A DNA stretch of 50,042 nt from positions 1 to 50,042 of the forward strand of contig JBBUBW010000009.1 of NCBI GenBank assembly GCA_038058095.1. Reading direction: 5' to 3'. The notes under the pieces were generated by a model. It made no database searches, was not told the origin of the DNA, and saw only the letters and a program-made list of their open reading frames with translations. Below are positions 26,082 to 34,804 of the stretch, in pieces (within the stretch, counting starts at the first letter, position 1; every line of letters begins with the position of its first letter). Both the position numbers and the translations under genes were made by a program. Origin of the DNA: Patescibacteria group bacterium (GTDB lineage: Bacteria > Patescibacteriota > Minisyncoccia > UBA6257 > 2-01-FULL-56-20).

Positions 26082-28559
26082 TTACCAAGGGCCATCACAC
26101 TTATTTTGCGGGTAACTTCTCAAAGGATTCCAGGGGATAGGATTCCCCCTACTATTGTAAATACTTTCATAATTGCCAAACGTCTTATCCAGCTCTCCAT
26201 TTCGAGTTCTAGCTGTGTCTATATTTAAAGTCAGCATCGTTAAATCAAAATCACTATCCAGATCTCGGGTCAGCTCGGCAAGTACCAAAGTATCAGTCGC
26301 CATGCTAACTTTCACTGCTAAATCAGCCAGCTTATCAAGAGAAGAACTCGCGTCGGCTCTTTCTTTAATTGAAGCAACATAACCGGCTTGGACGTTCGCC
26401 ATCGCCGTGTTTACAGCCAATAATTTGTCAGTCGTGAAGTTCGTATTTAGAGGATCAAAGTAAGAATGGCAAGAATTTAATACGTCAGAAATCACGCTAA
26501 TAGTTGCCGTCGCATTGTTTATATAATAATTATCGAATGTTATTAGCTGTCTATATAGAGTTTGGTATGACGAAATTGATATCAGTAACGTGCTACTGCT
26601 TAAAGCCGTGGTTGCGTACATCGCCGCAACGTCTTTAGCGCTTTTTACACAGTCCGAGTATTCAGTCGAAGAAGTGGCGTACATCGCACAAGTTTCTTTA
26701 ACGTAGTCGGCAGATGGAGGTTTCGTGGTAGTCGCTATAAAGCCCGGTTCTTCTCCTTCAGAATTCGTCGCTTTCTGGAAAACCTTCTGAATCAGCGAGT
26801 CAATAAAGGCTGTCGCTATTGTTATCATATCATTGGCATTTACTAGCCAGTCATCATGAAGCCCCGTGGCCTTAGCCAAAGTTTCACCCACTATCTTTCC
26901 TGGCGTGGTATCCTCCCATCCATCCTGAGGGCAGGTTTTGAAAGTATGGTCAGATTTTACTGGGCCTATATAGTCCATGCCGGCTTGTTTCGCGTAAGCT
27001 TTAGCATCAGCTACTAAATCAGGGCTGGTTCTAATATCCTCAAGGGAATAAGCATCTTCTAGATTTAATGGCGGATTCGTTGGGTTTTTACACACTCTCG
27101 TCGCTAAGAATCCTGCCGCATTCGCCACCCTTTGCCCTTGCGCCGCTTGCGCCCCTTGCGCTTTAGTGAGCGCGATATCGCTAAGCGTGATCATTACTCC
27201 GAAAGGATTATTTTGAGGGGTAATCACTTGAAAATAATCCTGCCACCCGCCCTTATCGAAACTCTTATAAAATTCTTTAACATTCTCCACCGCTTCAGTA
27301 AGAGTGCAGGTTGTCCGTTCGGTCATATCGGCTAATCTCGGGTTGGATGGACGCTTAAATGCCAGCGTAATAAATGGCTGAATTGAAGCGCAGACTTGAG
27401 GCAGGTGTTTATAAATCTCCGCGCCTATGGCGGCATCGAATGTCGATCTCGCTGTCCCGATTAAGTCTTGTGCAAATCTCGGTTGTCCTTTCCCCTTTAC
27501 CCAATTTTGCGTTGCATTAACTATTTGATTTATTAATTTTTTCTTCAACTTTTCTTTTATCACGCCTTGCACCCACTCCCAAATCTTTCTGGCTAAGTTA
27601 ACTGGATCTATGACAATATCTCCAAAGCCAAAAATACCGTAAGCTGTTTTTGGTAAGAATAAATCCTTTACCAAAGAAAACGGCCCCGAAATTTTATTAG
27701 CGCTTGATAACTTCCCGAGTGAGTTAGCTTTATTTAATTCGTTCCCAAAATTTCGTATCGCATCATTATAATCTTGCTCTTGCAGTTGAAGAACCAAGCT
27801 TGATTTCAGTGGGTCGTTCTCTTCCTGGCTAAGCTCCAAAGCTTGTTTTTGATAGAGAGTTAACTTGAGCAAACTTTTATGAAAGTTTGCGAGCGCCTCT
27901 GGCACTTCAAGGGCTTTGATTTTTAAAAAAGTTTGTTCTAGAACTAACGCTACCGAACTAATCGAAGTCGGAGTGGGATCGCTAGCTAAGACATCGGACA
28001 CCCCCGAGCGGACATAGTTCTCATCCAAAATAGAATTTAATTTATCAGTATAGTTTTTAATATCTTCCGGTCCATAATTTTTTAGTACATCGATGTCTTC
28101 GCTTTTTGCAATAAGTTCTGCTCTAGTGGCGTTTACTTGATTAGCAATTTCTTGAGTATTAGCAACACCCGCAGTATAACCTTCCGCATTTTTTGACACT
28201 TCATTCACTTGGGCGTTTATATCCGCTGAATTTTGGGGATCTAGTTGTATCATCCCCTCCGCTAGCTTCTGCCCAACATTTTCAGTTAAATTCGAAGGAT
28301 CGCTAACCGGCGGCAATAAATCGCCGTCAGTGTTCGCTTGAGCTAGCGAATTGGAAGATTCACTCCCCGGCACCGATTCCACGTAAGCCTGCCCGCCGAA
28401 TGCCGACTGATTTTGTCCCAAAGTACCGTTCCCTTCGCTCACCTCCATCTCCGACGGAGATAATTTTGAGCCGCCTGAATTTGATAAAAAGAAAGCCGCC
28501 GAGCTTGCGATAAATGCCACTGCCAAAAATCCCGTGATCAGCCGCTTAGGATCAACCAT
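26082..28559 (-). CDS. large extracytoplasmic protein (hypothetical), first gene of the operon
   Basis: 825 aa with an N-terminal anchor (ITGFLAVAFIASSAAFFL). No family was recognised. Confidence 0.5.
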   Translation of the reverse strand: MVDPKRLITGFLAVAFIASSAAFFLSNSGGSKLSPSEMEVSEGNGTLGQNQSAFGGQAYVESVPGSESSNSLAQANTDGDLLPPVSDPSNLTENVGQKLAEGMIQLDPQNSADINAQVNEVSKNAEGYTAGVANTQEIANQVNATRAELIAKSEDIDVLKNYGPEDIKNYTDKLNSILDENYVRSGVSDVLASDPTPTSISSVALVLEQTFLKIKALEVPEALANFHKSLLKLTLYQKQALELSQEENDPLKSSLVLQLQEQDYNDAIRNFGNELNKANSLGKLSSANKISGPFSLVKDLFLPKTAYGIFGFGDIVIDPVNLARKIWEWVQGVIKEKLKKKLINQIVNATQNWVKGKGQPRFAQDLIGTARSTFDAAIGAEIYKHLPQVCASIQPFITLAFKRPSNPRLADMTERTTCTLTEAVENVKEFYKSFDKGGWQDYFQVITPQNNPFGVMITLSDIALTKAQGAQAAQGQRVANAAGFLATRVCKNPTNPPLNLEDAYSLEDIRTSPDLVADAKAYAKQAGMDYIGPVKSDHTFKTCPQDGWEDTTPGKIVGETLAKATGLHDDWLVNANDMITIATAFIDSLIQKVFQKATNSEGEEPGFIATTTKPPSADYVKETCAMYATSSTEYSDCVKSAKDVAAMYATTALSSSTLLISISSYQTLYRQLITFDNYYINNATATISVISDVLNSCHSYFDPLNTNFTTDKLLAVNTAMANVQAGYVASIKERADASSSLDKLADLAVKVSMATDTLVLAELTRDLDSDFDLTMLTLNIDTARTRNGELDKTFGNYESIYNSRGNPIPWNPLRSYPQNKCDGPW

Positions 28560-28595
28560 TTACTATTATTATAGTCTCAAAAACCAATAAAGAAA

Positions 28596-28672
28596 TCCCC
28601 AGCCCTAGAACTAATTGTGAAATATCTGCAACTCCTGAAATTACAGCCACCTCCTAGGGTGAAGTAGTAGGG
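28596..28672. repeat. degenerate CCCCGTAC-family element X
   Basis: ACTAATTGTGAAATATCTGC (28610-28629) is identical to 34459-34478, and similarity continues for about 23 more nt. The right arm is only partly complementary. Confidence 0.6.
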
Positions 28673-28674
28673 GT

Positions 28675-29448
28675 TCACTCCAAGACCGTAGCCAATCTCA
28701 CAATTTCGTCTATTGATAAATTTTGCGGCCGGTCGCTCGGTTTCACTCCTTCTTTCTCTAAAACCTCTAAAATCTTTTCCCGAGTCCATCCATTTTCACC
28801 TTTGGCCACTAAATTATTCAAAATCGTTTTTCTTGGCTGTTGAAACAATATTCGGACCATTCTATAGTATTTTTTTTCATCAACCTCAAACCTACCACCT
28901 AAAACCTGCAACCTAATTACTGCCGAATCCACTTCCGGTGGGGGCGAAAAAAGTTTCGCCTGAAGATAGTCGACAATTTTTGGTTCCGCCCAAAACTGAA
29001 CCGATGCCGCAAGCCGGTTCATCTTCGGCGGCTCGGCCGTTATTCTAATCGCCACCTCTTTTTGGATCGTTAAAACACAAATTTCTGGTTTATTCTCAAG
29101 CTCACTAATTACTCGCAATAAATGTCCTGTTATATAGTAGGGGATATTGCCTACAATTTTATAAGTTTTTAACTTTTCTCTTTTAGTTTTTAGCTTTTCT
29201 AGGGCATCACCTTCAACAATTTCAACATTTTTATCTTCTCCAAATTTATTTCTTAATAATTCCACAAAATCTTTATCTCTCTCAATCGCAATTATTTTTA
29301 ACCCTTCTGCCTTTAGTTTTTCTGTCAGCTCTCCGTGCCCCGCGCCAATTTCAATCACCGTATCTCCCGGTTCCAAATTCAACGCTTCCGCAATTTTTAG
29401 AAGTGTCGTTCTATCTTTCAAAAAATGTTGCCCCAGTTTTCTTCTCAT
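28675..29448 (-). CDS. rsmA: 16S rRNA (adenine1518/1519-N6)-dimethyltransferase RsmA/KsgA
   Basis: MRRKLGQHFL N-terminus, EIGAGHG SAM motif and NIPYYIT. Confidence 0.9.
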   Translation of the reverse strand: MRRKLGQHFLKDRTTLLKIAEALNLEPGDTVIEIGAGHGELTEKLKAEGLKIIAIERDKDFVELLRNKFGEDKNVEIVEGDALEKLKTKREKLKTYKIVGNIPYYITGHLLRVISELENKPEICVLTIQKEVAIRITAEPPKMNRLAASVQFWAEPKIVDYLQAKLFSPPPEVDSAVIRLQVLGGRFEVDEKKYYRMVRILFQQPRKTILNNLVAKGENGWTREKILEVLEKEGVKPSDRPQNLSIDEIVRLATVLE

Positions 29449-29452
29449 CTTT

Positions 29453-29486
29453 ATCTATAACCTACAACCTAACACCTAGAACCTAG
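29453..29486. repeat. ACCT-rich block E4 (TATCTATAACCTACAACCTAACACCTAGAACCTAG)
   Basis: It lies 4 nt upstream of the rsmA start on the coding strand and overlaps the helicase stop. Confidence 0.7.
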
Positions 29487-31357
29487 TCCAAAGTAATATA
29501 CCTCTCCTCGTCCTCCAATCCCATCCCTCCCGAAAACCTCATTAACTCCTGCGGAATTTCCGACAAAAATCTCGACGGCAAATCATAAAAAGATAAAAAC
29601 AATCTAGTTTTAGCTCTAGTCATCGCCACATACAAAAGCCTCCGCTCTTCCTCGAGTTCGTCCGTATTCCCCATCGCTCTGTGGTGCGGCAAAAGTCCCT
29701 CGGTCGCTCCCGCCACGAAAATATTTTCAAACTCCAACCCCTTCGCCAGATGCATTGTCATTAATTTCACCGAGAGGTTTTTATTTTCCTCCACATTATC
29801 CATTGCTTGGAGCAAACTCATTCTTTCCAAAAACTCATCCACTTTTTCAAAAGCCGAAGCAAAAGATAAAAGTTCCATAATATTTTCTCTCCGCTCTTCC
29901 GGGTTGGTAAAGTTTTTATCGAGGTATTCAAAATAATTCGCCACCTTCAAAAATCCTTCGATTATTTTGGTCGGCGTCCAATCGTTTTTTCCGGCCAATT
30001 CCTTCTCGAACCTTATAAAACCTGCCTTCCGGAGCAACTTCTCCAATCTTTCCCGGCTGATTTCGTCCGCCGGATTCGAAATATACCGCAACGCCGAAAC
30101 CACATCTTTTATTTCTCTTCTTTCGTAGAATTTTAATCCCCCGAAAATTTGGTAGGGAATTTCGTGCTCGATCAGCGCTTGCTCAATGGCTCGCGACTGC
30201 GCATTCGTCCGGTACAAAATTGCGATTTGTGAATCTCCAACTTCCGATTCTTCTTGTTTTTCGTTTTGTATTTTACACTTTTCACTTTTCGCTTTGAGCT
30301 TTCTAATCTCGCTCGCAATCCAATTCGCTTCTTCAATTTCATCTTGCGCTTCTTTCAAAACTATCTGCTCGCCTTCCGAATTATTTGTCCAAAGCGCGTC
30401 TTCTTTTAGCCCCGCCGGTTTTTTTAGATTATTTTTTATTAGCTCTGAAGCCGCCGCGATAATTTTTTGCGTTGAGCGGTAATTCTCCCCCAAAAAAATC
30501 AGCCGGCTCCCGGCCCAATCTCGTTCGAAGTTTAAAAATATTTCCAAGTTTGATCCGCGCCAGCTGTAAATAGTTTGATTATGATCTCCCACCACGCTCA
30601 AGTTTTTTTCTCGGTCCGCCAAAAGTTTCACCATTTCATACTGAACATCGTTGATGTCTTGATACTCGTCCACCAAAAAATGGGAAAATCTATTTTGATA
30701 TCTCGCGAGCACCTCCGGTTTTGTTTTAAAAATCAAAACCACTTTCTGAATCAAGTCGTCAAAATCAAAAGCGTTGTTTTGCATTAGTTTTTTTTCATAC
30801 TCCGCAAAACTCTGGCTCACCATCCAATCTTCTCTCCTCTCTATTTTCGCGGGTTTAGCCATTCCGTTTTTTATCGCCGAAATCTTAGAGGAGAGATCCG
30901 CCGGCTTCAGATCCTTTTCATTTGATTCCTTTATGATTTTTTTAATTAATTTAAAAGAGTCGTTGTCGTCGAAAATAGCAAAGTTCGGTTCTCGTCCCAA
31001 GAAATGCCCCGCCTCTCTTAAAATTCTCGCGCCCAAAGAATGAAACGTTCCGATGTAGGGTGAATTGTGTTTTAAGTTTCCTCCGGTTTGTAAGTTTGTC
31101 AGCTTGCCTACCCTCTCCAGCATTTCTTGAGCCGCTTTATTTGTAAAAGTTAAAGCGCAAATTTTACTGGGATGAACCCCCTCTTTGATTAAATAAGCTA
31201 TCCGCGTTGTTAAAGTTTTTGTTTTTCCAGTTCCTGCCCCCGCCACAATCAAAAGCGGTTCATTTGTAGCAAAAGCCGCCTCCTTTTGGGCTGGATTTAG
31301 TTCGGTTTTTGGCCATTCCGGCTTATCTATTTGTTTTTTAGCGCTTGGAATTCCCAT
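29483..31357 (-). CDS. UvrD/PcrA/Rep-family SF1 DNA helicase
   Basis: 624 aa with the motifs AGAGTGKT, TFHS, DEYQD, VGDHNQTIYSWRG, YRS and LYVAMTRAK. Confidence 0.85.
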   Translation of the reverse strand: MGIPSAKKQIDKPEWPKTELNPAQKEAAFATNEPLLIVAGAGTGKTKTLTTRIAYLIKEGVHPSKICALTFTNKAAQEMLERVGKLTNLQTGGNLKHNSPYIGTFHSLGARILREAGHFLGREPNFAIFDDNDSFKLIKKIIKESNEKDLKPADLSSKISAIKNGMAKPAKIERREDWMVSQSFAEYEKKLMQNNAFDFDDLIQKVVLIFKTKPEVLARYQNRFSHFLVDEYQDINDVQYEMVKLLADREKNLSVVGDHNQTIYSWRGSNLEIFLNFERDWAGSRLIFLGENYRSTQKIIAAASELIKNNLKKPAGLKEDALWTNNSEGEQIVLKEAQDEIEEANWIASEIRKLKAKSEKCKIQNEKQEESEVGDSQIAILYRTNAQSRAIEQALIEHEIPYQIFGGLKFYERREIKDVVSALRYISNPADEISRERLEKLLRKAGFIRFEKELAGKNDWTPTKIIEGFLKVANYFEYLDKNFTNPEERRENIMELLSFASAFEKVDEFLERMSLLQAMDNVEENKNLSVKLMTMHLAKGLEFENIFVAGATEGLLPHHRAMGNTDELEEERRLLYVAMTRAKTRLFLSFYDLPSRFLSEIPQELMRFSGGMGLEDEERYITLD

Positions 31358-31381
31358 TTGCTTACTGTTGCGTACATCCTG

Positions 31382-31511
31382 CCCCGTAGGGAACAGTGAA
31401 AATATAACCCTGCGATATTTTCACCTACTATATACGTCTATAACAGGGAAAGTTTTAGGTATTATCGCACATACCTAAAAATACACGAAAATACCCTTAT
31501 TCCCTATGGGG
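31382..31511. repeat. CCCCGTAC-family long hairpin H4
   Basis: Arms CCCCGTAGGGAA and TTCCCTATGGGG, with one G-U pair. The 3' end CACGAAAATA...TTATTCCCTATGGGGTAT parallels H3. Confidence 0.6.
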
Positions 31512-31535
31512 TATATAGGCCTAAGTCCATACTCG

Positions 31536-31631
31536 CCCCGTTAGATTCTGAGTAATTTAACTGTTGGCAAAATATAGCAGGAAACTAATATAAAACAACA
31601 GCTTCATTTTTTAAATAAGAATCTATTGGGG
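31536..31631. repeat. CCCCGTAC-family hairpin H4b
   Basis: Arms CCCCGTTAGATTCT and AGAATCTATTGGGG, plus an inner CTGTTG/CAACAG helix. Confidence 0.5.
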
Positions 31632-31741
31632 TTTACTAGCTTCTATCTTTCAAAAACATTCCTCCGTCGTATTAATAATAAGTTATTCCCCAAGATTTCC
31701 CCATTACTAATTTTAAAATGATATAAAATACGTAAGCTTCT

Positions 31742-32320
31742 ATGGATCTCCAACCTCTTCAAACCAACAAATATAGCGGGAAAACAAAGGCTTATTCCCT
31801 AAAAACCTACCATTCCTTAGTCAATTGGATAACTTCCGGGCTAACCCTTAGGGAATGGTATCTGCACGCCCAAACCTACGGCACCACCTCCTTCGTAACC
31901 AACCGACTTATTTTCAGTTGTATTCTCGGTTTGCTAGTACCTCTAGTTCTTATCGGCTCCATAAACGGGCGCCTAGAAGATAATCTCATTTATCTTCACA
32001 ATTTAGGCCGAGTGGGCATTATCCCCAACCGACAAATTGGAACCACTAACCTTCCTCCTATTTTCGCAGCCATCGCTGAATGCGAATCCGGCGGCTCTCA
32101 ATATGATTCTTATGGTCAAGTGGTAAGAGGGCGAGTAAATCATCACGATGTTGGCCTTTACCAAATTAACGAAGTCATCCACCAAAACGCCATCGCCCAA
32201 ACCGGAGTTGATATCTATAACGAAGAAGGGAATGCCCAGTTCGCTCGCTATCTTTATGAAGCCGAAGGGCTTTACCCTTGGCGATCTTCCCAATATTGCT
32301 GGTCTCGATATTTAAATTAA
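31742..32320 (+). CDS. lytic transglycosylase-like protein (Rpf/SLT-type catalytic motif)
   Basis: 192 aa. The AECESGG...DVGLYQIN motif resembles transglycosylase-like/SLT domains. There is one internal hydrophobic segment. Confidence 0.55.
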   Translation: MDLQPLQTNKYSGKTKAYSLKTYHSLVNWITSGLTLREWYLHAQTYGTTSFVTNRLIFSCILGLLVPLVLIGSINGRLEDNLIYLHNLGRVGIIPNRQIGTTNLPPIFAAIAECESGGSQYDSYGQVVRGRVNHHDVGLYQINEVIHQNAIAQTGVDIYNEEGNAQFARYLYEAEGLYPWRSSQYCWSRYLN

Positions 32321-32332
32321 AAAGCGAAAGAA

Positions 32333-32397
32333 CCCCGTACTAAAATTCGACTTTTTCAGAGCTGGCAGTTTACGCTGTCGAAGTTTTAGTATCGGGG
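32333..32397. repeat. CCCCGTAC-family hairpin H5 (between convergent genes)
   Basis: Arms CCCCGTACTAAAATTCGAC and GTCGAAGTTTTAGTATCGGGG. It could also act as a bidirectional terminator. Confidence 0.6.
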
Positions 32398-33924
32398 CTA
32401 AACTTCCTCTCTTAGCCGGTAGCTGAAAGCTTCCGCTAAATGATTTTCCGAAACTCCTTCTTTTTCTTCCAAGTCCGCAATCGTGCGCGCCACTTTTAAT
32501 AATCGGTAATATCCTCGAGGAGAAAGCCGGGCTTTATCGAAAGTTTTCAAAAAATTCTCTGCCGCCGGCTCAAGCTGTATTAATTCTTCCGTTTGCTTTG
32601 CGCTCATCTCGGCATTGGTTTTGATTTTCAAATGGCCGAATCTTTTTTCTTGAACTTTTCGGACTGCCTGAATTCTTTTCTTTATTTCCAGACTGGTCGG
32701 TTTTAGATTTTTATTTTCTCTAAGCTCCGCGATTTTAACTCTCGGCACTTTTATTTGTAGATCAATCCGGTCAAGTAACGGCCCCGAAATTTTCTTTTGG
32801 TATCTCAACACTTCGTAAGCCGTGCACCGACATTCTTTTTCGTCATCGCCGTAAAAACCGCACGGGCAAGGGTTCATCGCCGCCACGAGCGAAAACTTCG
32901 CGGGGAAAATTAGCGTGCCCTTCGCGCGAGCGACGTGTACCACTCCCGATTCAAGCGGCTGTCTCAAAGATTCCAAAATATTTTTCTGGAACTCCGGCAC
33001 TTCGTCCAAAAAAAGTATTCCTCGATGAGCCAAACTAATTTCCCCCGGCTTAGGGTAACTGCCTCCGCCTACAACCGCGATAAGCGACGCCGTCTGGTGT
33101 GGCGTCCTGAAAGGCCTAATAGACATCAGCCCTCCCGGGTTAAGCCCCGCCGAGCTGTAAATTTTAGTTACCTCGATTGCTTCTTGAAGCGATAAGTCCG
33201 GCAAAATACCCACCATCGCTTGCGATAGCAAACTTTTTCCCACTCCCGGCGGACCGATCATCAGTAGGTTATGCCCGCCAGCCGCCGCGATTATCATCGC
33301 GCGCTTGGCATTTTCCTGTCCTTTAATTTCCGAAAAATCCGGCACCTCACTTGCCGGGGTTTTCATTGGATTAAAAACCGCCGGGCTAATTTCTTTTCTC
33401 TCTTCCAAAAAATCAATCGCTTCCTGTAGATTTTCTAGCGGAATCACTTTCAAATCTTTAACCACTGCCGCCTCGTTCGCATTCTCTTTTGGAAGCAGAA
33501 CATACTGAAAATTTTTATCTTTAGCCAACTGGGCAATATTGAGCGCTCCCGAAATCGGCCGTAGTCTTCCATCCAAAGCCAACTCTCCTAAAAGAATTTT
33601 ATCGCTTGCATCAAATTGTTTTATCTGCCCCGTCGAAAGCAAATATCCAAGCGCGATTGCCAAGTCGTACTGCGACCCGGCTTTTTTAACATCGGCGGGC
33701 GCCAAGTTAATAGTGATTTTCCTGTTTTCACGGTTCGGCGGTTTCACTCCCGCGTTTTTAAGCGCTGAGTTTACCCGCTCCTTAGCTTCGTTCAAAGCCT
33801 TATCCGCCAGCCCTACTATATTAAACGCATGAAGGCCGACGTTTAAGTCAACCTCCACTTCAATTAACTGCGCGTTGATCCCTTCCAGTTCCGCTGAGTA
33901 AACTTTTGATAAGTTCTTAATCAT
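32398..33924 (-). CDS. comM: YifB/ComM family Mg-chelatase-like AAA+ ATPase
   Basis: Lon-like N-terminus, Walker A GPPGVGKS, and LFLDE. The ATG at 33924 (MIKNL...) is preferred. Confidence 0.85.
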   Translation of the reverse strand: MIKNLSKVYSAELEGINAQLIEVEVDLNVGLHAFNIVGLADKALNEAKERVNSALKNAGVKPPNRENRKITINLAPADVKKAGSQYDLAIALGYLLSTGQIKQFDASDKILLGELALDGRLRPISGALNIAQLAKDKNFQYVLLPKENANEAAVVKDLKVIPLENLQEAIDFLEERKEISPAVFNPMKTPASEVPDFSEIKGQENAKRAMIIAAAGGHNLLMIGPPGVGKSLLSQAMVGILPDLSLQEAIEVTKIYSSAGLNPGGLMSIRPFRTPHQTASLIAVVGGGSYPKPGEISLAHRGILFLDEVPEFQKNILESLRQPLESGVVHVARAKGTLIFPAKFSLVAAMNPCPCGFYGDDEKECRCTAYEVLRYQKKISGPLLDRIDLQIKVPRVKIAELRENKNLKPTSLEIKKRIQAVRKVQEKRFGHLKIKTNAEMSAKQTEELIQLEPAAENFLKTFDKARLSPRGYYRLLKVARTIADLEEKEGVSENHLAEAFSYRLREEV

Positions 33925-33957
33925 TCTACAACCTAACACCTACAACCTTTAACCTAA
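33925..33957. repeat. ACCT-rich block E5 (TCTACAACCTAACACCTACAACCTTTAACCTAA)
   Basis: It abuts the comM start and overlaps the last codons of the upstream gene. Confidence 0.65.
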
Positions 33958-34281
33958 TTTCTTACACTTCGCGCACAATTCCGACTCCGGCACAATCTCT
34001 AAAACCTCTTTCGAAATTTCTCCTCCGCATTTCACGCATTTACCGTAGGTGCCGTTTTGTATCCTCAAGAGCGCTCCCTCAATCTCTTCCCTCCTCGTTC
34101 TAAACGCGTGGCTTATGCCCAGTTGGTTGCCCATCTCCTCCGCCTCGTCCGATTCTTCATCTCCGCCGTCAATATCACCTCCCATATCCACCAGCTTCTC
34201 ATGCTCCTCAATCTCCTTATCGAGCTTCGCCTTTTCCGCCTCCAGTATTTCTTTATATTTTTTAATCTCGTCTTTAGTCAT
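33949..34281 (-). CDS. DksA/TraR-family C4 zinc-finger protein
   Basis: 110 aa with an acidic coiled-coil N-terminus and CVKCGGEI...CAKC. Confidence 0.75.
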   Translation of the reverse strand: MTKDEIKKYKEILEAEKAKLDKEIEEHEKLVDMGGDIDGGDEESDEAEEMGNQLGISHAFRTRREEIEGALLRIQNGTYGKCVKCGGEISKEVLEIVPESELCAKCKKLG

Positions 34282-34451
34282 TTTATTTTAGTTTCAATGT
34301 CTCGTCGGCTTGCCGAGAGGTTACAAAGCAGGAAGCTAAAATAACCCTGAGCAAGTCCACGAGCCGAAGGGTTTCCTTCGGCCATATCCCGCCCACCTGT
34401 GGTGGAGTTTTTGATTTCCCTCAATCTTATCACATCAATTTAAAAAGCCAA

Positions 34452-34539
34452 CCCCGGTACTAATTGTGAAATATCTGCGATTCTTGAAGTCGTAGCCATC
34501 TTTTTAAAACAAAACATCTTTTCACAATTAGTTCCGGGG
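34452..34539. repeat. CCCCGTAC-family hairpin H6
   Basis: Arms CCCCGGTACTAATTGTGAAA (34452-34471) and TTTCACAATTAGTTCCGGGG (34520-34539). 19 of 20 positions are complementary. Confidence 0.7.
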
Positions 34540-34622
34540 CTAACCCAGCACTCCAACTTCGGTTAATCCACAAAGGCGCATATTTTAATTTCAATCTTCT
34601 CTGAGGCCGCTAAAACCAGGTA

Positions 34623-34651
34623 TTGACATATAACTCTTTATTTGGTAAAAT
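34623..34651 (+). promoter_or_regulatory. sigma70-type promoter TTGACA-17 nt-TAAAAT (target gene 1)
   Basis: Hexamers at 34623-34628 and 34646-34651. The same hexamers and spacing recur at 35732-35760. Confidence 0.6.
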
Positions 34652-34692
34652 ACAAACGTTCTTTGATAATAAAATATTCTAGGTTCTAACTT

Positions 34693-34743
34693 ATGAAACG
34701 AGTATTTAGTGGGTTTTTAGAGTCCATTAAATACTCGTTTCAT
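34693..34743 (+). promoter_or_regulatory. 5' leader hairpin of target gene 1
   Basis: ATGAAACGAGTATTTA...TAAATACTCGTTTCAT forms a perfect 16-bp stem. A homologous stem lies in the leader of target 2. Confidence 0.55.
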
Positions 34744-34804
34744 GAAGAGCGAGCTGCGTCGCGCCAGTTGCGCGATATATTTCAAATACCACAGGAGGTA
34801 TGCG

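Noticed and set aside
28577-28789. 70-aa minus-strand ORF overlapping the rsmA 3' end
   Set aside because: It overlaps rsmA out of frame and runs through the degenerate hairpin repeat X. It has no coding character.
34282-34450. RNase P RNA, SRP RNA or tmRNA, because of GAGCAAGTCCACGAGC (P4-like) and AGCAGGAAGC words
   Set aside because: The region is too short for RNase P RNA. It also lacks the other conserved cores, namely the SRP domain IV GGAA/AGCA loops in a GC helix and the tmRNA tRNA-like ends. It is kept only as an unassigned structured region.
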